IMG/VR virus record: IMGVR_UViG_3300010354_004913
Span: 1-64,000 of that record
Origin: a virus
Direction: 5' to 3' (one strand)
Length of the DNA: 64,000 bases
Notes under the pieces: model-generated
What the model was told of the DNA's origin: nothing
The model's input: the letters and a program-made list of their open reading frames with translations, nothing else
Databases searched by the model: none
Made by a program: the position numbers and the translations under genes
Shown: in pieces, positions 56,330 to 64,000 of the stretch
Position numbering within the stretch: position 1 is the first letter of the stretch
Layout: each line of letters begins with the position of its first letter

Positions 56330-56612
56330 ATCTGCTAATATCATCTAAGCTGCTAGCAGGTTTATCCCAAATAGTACGCCGTTCGGCGCCTTTTTTTTGA
56401 GCAAATCTTTTCGAGTCGCAATTAGGACAACAATGAAAATAGTTGTTGTTTAATCTTTTAGGACTGATTTTTTCCTTAAGTCTTTGAAAGATTTTGCTGC
56501 AGTTATCACACCTAAAATAAACCCATGTTCTTAGGCGGGAATATACATGCACGTTTCCTAGTTTGCTAGTCCTTTTGTGTACACATTCTTCTTGACGTTG
56601 TTCTAAGTACAT
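56325..56612 (-). CDS. zinc-finger-like protein
   Basis: CDNC...CCPNC; start moved to MYLEQ behind TAAATA (56618-56623). Confidence 0.6.
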   Translation of the reverse strand: MYLEQRQEECVHKRTSKLGNVHVYSRLRTWVYFRCDNCSKIFQRLKEKISPKRLNNNYFHCCPNCDSKRFAQKKGAERRTIWDKPASSLDDISRL

Positions 56613-56670
56613 AATGTTATTTACATTAAGGTTATAAAATATACGGCTAAATATTCTAAAAGGACTATAA

Positions 56671-57024
56671 ATGATTACTCTCACTGACTCTTCTGTGGCT
56701 AAAATCAAAGATCTACTAGCAGAAGAAAATAATCCAAATATTAAACTTAGAGTGTTTGTACAAGGTGGCGGCTGTTCAGGTATGCAATACGGCTTCACTT
56801 TTGACGAAGATCAAGGTGACGATGACTTTGTCGTTGAAAAAGATGGAGTAATTTTGCTTGTTGATTCGATGAGCATGCAATATTTAAACGAAGCAGTAGT
56901 AGACTACAAAGACGATATCATGGGATCTAACTTTACTATTAAAAATCCAAACGCACAAACTACTTGCGGGTGCGGATCTAGTTTTAGTGTAGCAGATGAA
57001 TTTCATGATCAAGTAGGGGCATAA
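56671..57024 (+). CDS. erpA: A-type Fe-S cluster carrier (ErpA/IscA/HesB)
   Basis: [30 protein letters not shown]. Confidence 0.9.
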   Translation: MITLTDSSVAKIKDLLAEENNPNIKLRVFVQGGGCSGMQYGFTFDEDQGDDDFVVEKDGVILLVDSMSMQYLNEAVVDYKDDIMGSNFTIKNPNAQTTCGCGSSFSVADEFHDQVGA

Positions 57025-57025
57025 C

Positions 57026-60000
57026 ATGGCAAGAGAAAATATAGATATTGGTATTCAAGGTAACGACGGTACCGGCGACAGTATAAGAGAAAGTTTTAGA
57101 AAAGTTAACGAAAACTTTAAACAACTTTTTGCTGTTTTTGGCCAAGTTGATCGTATTGCTTTTACAGACCTAGACGACACTCCATCAAGTTACGACCCCG
57201 ATACTGTTATAGTTGCTAATTCAGACGGTACAGCATTATTAGCCAAGAAAATTGTTGGCGGTACTGGTATTGAAATTGACAACGCCGACGAAACAGAAGT
57301 TAGAATTATTAACACTGGCGGTACCGTAAGTTCAGATCCAACTCCTGAATTAGGAGGTCATTTAGACGGCACTGGAGCATTTTCTATTGTTAGAGTGGTA
57401 GACCCTGATGAAACTATTGCTGGCAATATTTCTTTAGATAGAAGCATACCAGTTACTGCTGACGACATGGTAATGAGTAGAGGTTACGCCGATCGACGTT
57501 ACCTTCAAAGTGGCGGAGTCCCTGGATTAGGCAGTCAAGTACGTGTTAGAGATGAGCCGCCTGGCACTTCTCAATATACAAAAACTGTTGTTGACTGGGT
57601 AAACGGATATGCTGTAGTTACAAATCATGGATTTAACACAGGATCTAACGGAGTCGCATTTCGATATTTTGCTCAAAATACTCCAGCATCAAATTTAATA
57701 AATGGTGGTACTGTATACTTAAGATACATAGATGCAAACAAATTAGGAATTTATGCCACTCAAGCAGATGCTATTAACAATGAAAACAGAATTCCTGTAA
57801 ATACTCCAGTCATTATAAACAGAGGAACTGAAACTCTAGTAGACTTTTACTATGACGATGAGCTTTTAGGAAATTGGGTCAGTAATGAAGCTTTGCCTAG
57901 AAAGTCTGTTGTACGTAGGCAAGGAGATGTTATGGAAGGTGCGCTTATTCTTAGCGACCATCCTGGCACACTTGCAGGTGCCGGAGCACCTAATGGACAA
58001 GACGATCTCCAAGCAGCTACAAAGTTTTATGTAGATAATTCAAGTTATACTTCTGAATCAAATTTATTTGTCAGTACAACTGGTGATGACTTACAAATCA
58101 GTACTCCGCCCGGAAAAGAAGGAAGAGCATTTAGTTATGCTTATGCTACAGTAGGTGCAGCCTGTGCTCGAGCAGAAGAAATTATCAACGCAGCATTAAC
58201 TGAACCAGGACCTTATCGACAAGAACTTACTTATAGTAATGTTACTAATTTAGCTTACCTTAATTCTATAGGTGGTTACAGTCCTAGTCCTACTGTAGTT
58301 GCTAGAACTTTATATGTATATACTGGCGGTATAGGGGTAGATCAAAGTAAACTTGTATCTAATAGAGACCTGCGTGAAGGTAGTATTATCAAAGGTCTAT
58401 CAAGCGGCGCAACAGCTAAAGTAATTACCTATGACGGATTTGGCTTAGGTCCAACTAATACCGATGATGTGTACCAAGTAGAATTATTACATTATGACTC
58501 AGATATAACTAATTTTAAAACTGATTTTAAATTTGCTGCTTCTAAAATTCTTTCTAATAAAGATTTTATTGCAGCAGAAACTGTGGCATATGTTCAAGAC
58601 AAATATCCAAGTTTAACATTTGACGCAGTAAAATGTAACAGAGATGCTAGACTAATTGTCGATGCGCTGGCCGCCGATTTAAGGTTTGGCGGTAATAATC
58701 AAACTATTAAAGCAGGTAGGTCTTATTTTAATGGTAACAGCAGTGTGTTACTGTCTGGGCAAGTAGCTCCAACAGCCGACGGTGTTGATTATATCAAACA
58801 ATTGGCACAAGCGGTAATTGCTAATATTGACATACCTGTATCAGTCACATCTATAGATTTTGGAACTAGAACAACTACTCCACAAGTTATAGATACCTCG
58901 ATAGAAGGAGAAGAAGGATCTAGTATAATCATTGGCAGATTAATTGATGCCATTGAAGGTATAATAATTGACGGGCCAAATAATAAGAGTAAATTATTAG
59001 AATTTATTCCAGGTGAAAATTTAGAGTTTGGTCAACCCGTACCAGAAACACAAATTACCATAAGAGTAGAAAGCGGTATTTACTACGAGCAACTTCCCAT
59101 TAGAGTTCCTACTAACGTATCGATTAAAGGTGATGAATTCCGTAGAAGTATTATTAGGCCTGCGCCAGGTCAAAGTCAAAGTCCATGGGCAGGAATTTAT
59201 TTTTACAGAGACGATACATTTGATGGACTAACTAGGACATATACTTCTTCTGCGTTAGTTTGTTCTACTAATGAAGTAACAACAGTTAGTTCATTAGGCG
59301 ACGGAACCACAGCAACTATTAATTTTGCTACACAAGCCTCAGTTCCGTTTGCTAGCGGAACAAGAATTTTTCTAACCGGAGCAAGCATAGACGCATTTAA
59401 TGGACATCACGTAGTAATTACAGGTACTACAAGTTCTATAACATTTGCTAGCACAGCCACAGGAAATATTGGTTCTTCGGGTAAAGTTAAGGGAACTATC
59501 GTTAGTATCAGCGGCGGATCATTAACCGGATTAGAAACAGAAATGTACCTAACCGTTACTGGGGGTGCTGGAGTATTTGAACCTAACACGCAAGTTACAA
59601 GGCTTCTTAGCCCAAGCAGTTTTGAAATTAATTTAGCTCCAAAAACAAAATTAACAGCATCGACTGTTCAAGGTTTAAACGGCAGCGGCCTTGCTCCAAC
59701 TGGTAGAAATTTTGGTTATCACTATCTAGTGGATCCCGCAGGAGAAAACGGAGTATTTGATCCTGCTGTTAGCAAGACTGGTGGACATAGTACTTCAGCT
59801 GGCATACTTACCACTAACAGAACAAGTATTCGAAATCAAGTCATTTCCTATATTGACACAACATTTCCCACTTTGATATACGACGAGGACTTGTGTAGTA
59901 GAGACGTAGGACTAATAGTAGATGCTATTGTCTATGACATTACCAACGGTGGAGTTTCTAGGTCGCTAGCGGCCGGTCATGCTTATAGAAGAAATGCCAG

Positions 60001-63000
60001 TGCTAGATTAGCTATTACTACACAGTTAACAGAAACACTAGCTGGAATTACATATATTAATACCGTAGCTCAAACTTTACTAGCAGCTCAACCTACTGCT
60101 GCTAAAGATATGGTAGCTGATCTTATAGCTGGTATTAAAAATATTATTATAGGAACAAACAATCCTCCTAAATCAAACAAAGACATGGATGTCTTCTTGC
60201 TAAACGACGGAACTATTCTTAGAAATATTACTGCTCAAGGTCATGGAGGATTTATGTGCGTACTTGACCCAGAAGGTCAAATTCAAACTAAATCTCCGTA
60301 CTTCCAAACTAACACTTGTTTGAGCGGCAGTGTTAATAAAAAGAGTTTTAGAGGAGGTATGTTTATTGACGGCTTTAGTGGAAACTTGCCAGCAACTATT
60401 AATTCTAGAACTAACTCAACTACATTAGTATTAGGTGGATTAACTGTAAGAGCTCCAGGAATTCCTACTTCTTTTGTTATAGAAGGAATACGTTATCAAA
60501 TTAACGCAGTAAGTAATTATGACAGAGTAGCTGGAACATGTACTGTTAAATTAGATGCTAGCACTCCATTTCCAGTAAACAATCCTAGTACAAGTTCTCC
60601 GTGGGCATATCCATATAGTATCATTATAGGTACTCCAGGTAATAAATCTATGTTGGCCAACGACTTTACACAGGTAAATGACTTAGGCTACGGAGTTGTT
60701 GCTACTAATAACGGATTAAGTGAACTAGTGTCAGTATTCACGTATTATAATTGGACCAGCTACTATTCAGTCAACGGAGCACAGATACGTTCATTAAATG
60801 GTTCAAGTTGTAATGGAGTTTATGGTCTTAGATCAGCAGGCAGAGATCCTAATGAAGTACCCGATCCTGTAGTGTTAGCTGATGACTTAGTTCAAGCTGC
60901 AAAAATTGTAAAAAGAACAAACTTTGCTTCTAAAAACTTAGCAGGTGAAACATCTATCTATATTGACTATTACAATTATATTCCGTATAATGTTTCCGAA
61001 GTTGAAATTGATCATACTCCAACAAGACAAAGCGCCGCAGAAAATTCTGTAGAACTTCCCAATAACATAACATTGGTAACAGCAGGTGGAGGTTATGCTG
61101 TAAATGAAATACTTACTATCAGCGGTGGTACTGTTATTCCAGGTCAACAGGCCACACAACTTATAGTAAAAACAATTTCAGGTGGTGGTCCTACTGGTCC
61201 AATTGCCACATTTGAATTAATCAACCCCGGTAGATATAGTATACCGCCAACAGGAGGAACATTTGGAAATCCTATTACTAGTGGAATAGTTACTACTAGT
61301 TCGTCTGGTTCTGGATCAGCAGCGACATTTAATATGACCTTTAGAGGTCCTGTAGCACTATATGAAATTTCTAATCTTGAACTAACAACCATGGTTGGCC
61401 AGGGCTTAGACTCAGGTGGTATCATAATTTCAAAGACGGTACTTAAATTAAATCTAAACACACAGGGTCGAGCTGATGCCAGCACATCACTGATTTCTGA
61501 CTTAATTGACGGTCAAGACATTATTATAAGAAGTTTGCAAAATGTTAGATTTAGTGGCATTGAAGAGGTTCAACCAACTAGACCTAGCACAGCTTTAGAA
61601 TTTAATGCCAGCTATGAAGATTCTGTGTATAGAACGCTGGCTTACAATTTAAGTTTTCCGACTGGGGCTTCATTACCTGCGAACCAAGCTGTGTTACAAT
61701 TTGATAGAAGCATAGACTATCTCATTGTTATTACTAATCCTGGTAAGATAGCCGATACAGATTATGTAGCCGGTGCTCCAAAAACTATGGGGTCAAAAGC
61801 TGGGGATACTAGAATAGCAATACAACCTATTGGTACTCAGGCTGTAATTGACAAAATTGACTCTGGACAATATGTTACAGTAATCAACGGCCGAGCTCAT
61901 ATAATAAGCAATTATAATCCTCCAAATCCAGGTTTAGGTCAAAGCGCATGGATTGAAATAAGTGAAAAGGCCTACGGTGACGGATCTAATTATCCTGTAA
62001 CTGTTGCCGGCTTAGAGCCAAGAGACCATGCTTCTAGTACTTTTAGTGCATTGCCCGTTACGGAACAAAGAACATTACGTGCTGGTTTACAAGAAGGCGA
62101 AAATGCTGAAATTACAGTTAATATTAGCACTTGTCGTGCTACAGGACATGACTTCTTAGATGTAGGCTCTGGTAGCTTTAATCAAACAAATTATCCAGGA
62201 AACATTTACGGTAGTCCTACTGAAACTCCAACACAAGAAAACGAAGTTATAGAAGAAACACAAGGTCGTGTATTTTATGTTTCAACAGACCAAGATGGTA
62301 TTTTTAGGGTAGGAAGATTCTTTGAAGTTGATCAAGGTACAGGTACAATTAAATTTAGTGCCAGTATTTCTCTAAGTCAATTAGACGGTATTGGTTTTAA
62401 ACGAGGTATTGTTGTTAAAGAGTTTTCTAACAATCCAACATTTCCAAGTGCCAAAGAAGATGCTGTTCCCACTGAATTTGCTGTACAAGGATATATTGAT
62501 AGACGACTAGGATATACTAGAGATGGAACTGTGGTTACTAGTTCTGAAAGATTGCCGCCCGGTGGTGGATACTTGCCTATAACTTTACCAGGAGGCACAG
62601 TAACTTTAGAAGCTAATTTACAAATGAGTACATTACCTGGTGGTAAGAAAATTGTAAATCTTCAAGATCCAACTGATGCTAAAGATGCTGCTACTAAAAA
62701 TTATGTAGATACACAAATTGCTGCAACTGATTCTCTAGTAGAATTAAAAGAAGTTAATATAATGACTCCTAGTGATGGTCATTTAGCATTCTTTACACAG
62801 ACTGGCCAAATGATGAATGCTGTAGTTACAGGGGATGTAGCTCTTACTCTAACCAGTGCTAATATTGCTACTCTTGTTGGAGGTATAACAACACCTCCAA
62901 CTATTGATGCTGGTATTATTGGAACAACTCTGTCTTCAGTTAGTAATGGTATTGTAGTTAATGAAGATATTAGTGCCTGGCCAGCAGCTGGTCATTTTAG

Positions 63001-64000
63001 AATTGGAAATGAAATATTTAAGTACAATTCTAAAACAGATGTAGCTAAACGTTTTGACAATATCACAAGAGCTAAATTTGAAACTACTGGAGCTATACAT
63101 GCTGTCGGCGCTGATGTAATATGTTTAGACGACAGCGAATTAGAGCTACAGATTATACCAGGCGCTATAGAAAACGCAGATGTTAATTCTGCTGCTGGTA
63201 TTGAACAAAGCAAATTGCTAATGACCATAGCTAATACTTTGGCAGCAGCACCAACTGGTACAGCTCAAGTTATACAAGCTGCTAATGGTTTGTCAAGTTT
63301 TGACGAAGATAACTTTGAAGTTACCAATGGATGGGTCGGAATTAAAGCAGGTGGTGTGTCTTTAGCAGAAATACAAAATATTGCCGATGGTAAAATTTTA
63401 GGTAACCTAAGCGGTTCTGCTGCGGCACCTCAAGAAATTACCACAGCAACAATTGTTACTAATGGTATTGATACTACATTTGTAAACAACATGAGTACAG
63501 TAGGTGCTGATGTATTAGTCAAACAATATAATAGATTAAAACCTACAGCTACCTTTGTGTCAATAACTGGTAATGTTAATATAGCACAATGGGGTGGTGG
63601 TTCGGGAACTATATCTAACGTTCCTGTTACTAAATTAACAGGTACAGGAAACGGTTTAATTGTTAATATAGGATTTAGTGCTGGTGTATATAATGGTGTT
63701 ACAGTAATACATGGCGGTACTGGATATGCTGACGGTGATCAACTGTTCATAGATGGTCGACTATTAGGAGGAATATCTGGAGGAGTTGGTATTGGCAATG
63801 ACTTAACATTTACTGTTGAATCAGGTGTTAACAATATTGACGGTACAGTTTATTACGGATTGAGTAAAGTAAGCCAAACAGCATTAGCAAATGCTATAGT
63901 TAAAACTGATTCTACTGGCAATTTAGGTAATGTTGTTAATAAATTTAATAATATTTTTGCTACTAACTTTACAGGATCATTCCTGGGAACTTCCGGTATA
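57026..64000 (+). CDS. giant virion structural protein (>2325 aa, 3'-truncated; not in ORF track)
   Basis: Starts MARENIDIGIQGNDGTGDSIRESFRKVNENF (baseplate gp9/gp10-like N-terminus). The same frame is still open at the window end (...TNFTGSFLGTSGI) and no plus-strand ORF is called inside. Contains a beta-helix-like segment (SGIYYEQLPIRVP.NVSIKGD) and C.RD...IVDA...D...GG repeats. Confidence 0.85.
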   Translation, partial: MARENIDIGIQGNDGTGDSIRESFRKVNENFKQLFAVFGQVDRIAFTDLDDTPSSYDPDTVIVANSDGTALLAKKIVGGTGIEIDNADETEVRIINTGGTVSSDPTPELGGHLDGTGAFSIVRVVDPDETIAGNISLDRSIPVTADDMVMSRGYADRRYLQSGGVPGLGSQVRVRDEPPGTSQYTKTVVDWVNGYAVVTNHGFNTGSNGVAFRYFAQNTPASNLINGGTVYLRYIDANKLGIYATQADAINNENRIPVNTPVIINRGTETLVDFYYDDELLGNWVSNEALPRKSVVRRQGDVMEGALILSDHPGTLAGAGAPNGQDDLQAATKFYVDNSSYTSESNLFVSTTGDDLQISTPPGKEGRAFSYAYATVGAACARAEEIINAALTEPGPYRQELTYSNVTNLAYLNSIGGYSPSPTVVARTLYVYTGGIGVDQSKLVSNRDLREGSIIKGLSSGATAKVITYDGFGLGPTNTDDVYQVELLHYDSDITNFKTDFKFAASKILSNKDFIAAETVAYVQDKYPSLTFDAVKCNRDARLIVDALAADLRFGGNNQTIKAGRSYFNGNSSVLLSGQVAPTADGVDYIKQLAQAVIANIDIPVSVTSIDFGTRTTTPQVIDTSIEGEEGSSIIIGRLIDAIEGIIIDGPNNKSKLLEFIPGENLEFGQPVPETQITIRVESGIYYEQLPIRVPTNVSIKGDEFRRSIIRPAPGQSQSPWAGIYFYRDDTFDGLTRTYTSSALVCSTNEVTTVSSLGDGTTATINFATQASVPFASGTRIFLTGASIDAFNGHHVVITGTTSSITFASTATGNIGSSGKVKGTIVSISGGSLTGLETEMYLTVTGGAGVFEPNTQVTRLLSPSSFEINLAPKTKLTASTVQGLNGSGLAPTGRNFGYHYLVDPAGENGVFDPAVSKTGGHSTSAGILTTNRTSIRNQVISYIDTTFPTLIYDEDLCSRDVGLIVDAIVYDITNGGVSRSLAAGHAYRRNASARLAITTQLTETLAGITYINTVAQTLLAAQPTAAKDMVADLIAGIKNIIIGTNNPPKSNKDMDVFLLNDGTILRNITAQGHGGFMCVLDPEGQIQTKSPYFQTNTCLSGSVNKKSFRGGMFIDGFSGNLPATINSRTNSTTLVLGGLTVRAPGIPTSFVIEGIRYQINAVSNYDRVAGTCTVKLDASTPFPVNNPSTSSPWAYPYSIIIGTPGNKSMLANDFTQVNDLGYGVVATNNGLSELVSVFTYYNWTSYYSVNGAQIRSLNGSSCNGVYGLRSAGRDPNEVPDPVVLADDLVQAAKIVKRTNFASKNLAGETSIYIDYYNYIPYNVSEVEIDHTPTRQSAAENSVELPNNITLVTAGGGYAVNEILTISGGTVIPGQQATQLIVKTISGGGPTGPIATFELINPGRYSIPPTGGTFGNPITSGIVTTSSSGSGSAATFNMTFRGPVALYEISNLELTTMVGQGLDSGGIIISKTVLKLNLNTQGRADASTSLISDLIDGQDIIIRSLQNVRFSGIEEVQPTRPSTALEFNASYEDSVYRTLAYNLSFPTGASLPANQAVLQFDRSIDYLIVITNPGKIADTDYVAGAPKTMGSKAGDTRIAIQPIGTQAVIDKIDSGQYVTVINGRAHIISNYNPPNPGLGQSAWIEISEKAYGDGSNYPVTVAGLEPRDHASSTFSALPVTEQRTLRAGLQEGENAEITVNISTCRATGHDFLDVGSGSFNQTNYPGNIYGSPTETPTQENEVIEETQGRVFYVSTDQDGIFRVGRFFEVDQGTGTIKFSASISLSQLDGIGFKRGIVVKEFSNNPTFPSAKEDAVPTEFAVQGYIDRRLGYTRDGTVVTSSERLPPGGGYLPITLPGGTVTLEANLQMSTLPGGKKIVNLQDPTDAKDAATKNYVDTQIAATDSLVELKEVNIMTPSDGHLAFFTQTGQMMNAVVTGDVALTLTSANIATLVGGITTPPTIDAGIIGTTLSSVSNGIVVNEDISAWPAAGHFRIGNEIFKYNSKTDVAKRFDNITRAKFETTGAIHAVGADVICLDDSELELQIIPGAIENADVNSAAGIEQSKLLMTIANTLAAAPTGTAQVIQAANGLSSFDEDNFEVTNGWVGIKAGGVSLAEIQNIADGKILGNLSGSAAAPQEITTATIVTNGIDTTFVNNMSTVGADVLVKQYNRLKPTATFVSITGNVNIAQWGGGSGTISNVPVTKLTGTGNGLIVNIGFSAGVYNGVTVIHGGTGYADGDQLFIDGRLLGGISGGVGIGNDLTFTVESGVNNIDGTVYYGLSKVSQTALANAIVKTDSTGNLGNVVNKFNNIFATNFTGSFLGTSGI

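Noticed and set aside
527-57025. tRNA or rRNA genes in intergenic gaps
   Set aside because: Gaps are short and explained by promoters and terminators; no cloverleaf with a T-loop GTTC signature was recognised.
58620-59960. Phycobiliprotein similarity of the C.RD repeats
   Set aside because: Only a short motif resemblance inside a giant structural protein; no other support.
59203-63228. Short minus-strand ORFs in the track
   Set aside because: Antisense shadows of the giant plus-strand ORF starting at 57026.
1-64000. Genome-wide stop-codon reassignment (TAG read as an amino acid)
   Set aside because: Only one gene is interrupted by TAG, coding density under the standard code is very high, and TAG terminates genes at 3823 and 19513.

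Overview
Gene-dense segment of a large, AT-rich tailed dsDNA phage (T4-like/jumbo myovirus type; a proteobacterial host is inferred from consensus sigma70 promoters and an ErpA-like gene). Layout: (i) 1-5051, early-type accessory genes (vWA/DUF2828-like, phosphatases, GGQ peptidyl-tRNA hydrolase-like, P-loop kinase, GH113-like lipoprotein). (ii) 5163-7263, two tail-fibre-type genes. (iii) 7320-40565, a ~33 kb visibly AT-richer enzyme island with 10 radical SAM enzymes, ~10 Fe(II)/2OG-type oxygenases, a flavin halogenase, adenylation enzyme, amidinotransferase, PLP enzyme, NDP-sugar dehydrogenase and epimerase, two SDRs, two degenerate kinase-fold proteins, a QueC-like PP-loop protein, GNAT, methyltransferase and glutathione peroxidase. 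Its transcription units start at TAAATA/TAAGTA late-type motifs, and it is interrupted by a sigma70-driven lipoprotein cassette. (iv) 40624-57024, host-takeover and repair genes (desaturase, IF-1, ClpP, DNA ligase split by one in-frame TAG, BI-1/YccA, QueD with an upstream preQ1-I-like pseudoknot, UvsE, ErpA). (v) 57026 to the window end, a >2325-aa virion structural protein missing from the ORF track because it has no stop in the window. No tRNA, rRNA, CRISPR, integrase or transposase was recognised. All family assignments are by-eye motif recognition, not database searches.
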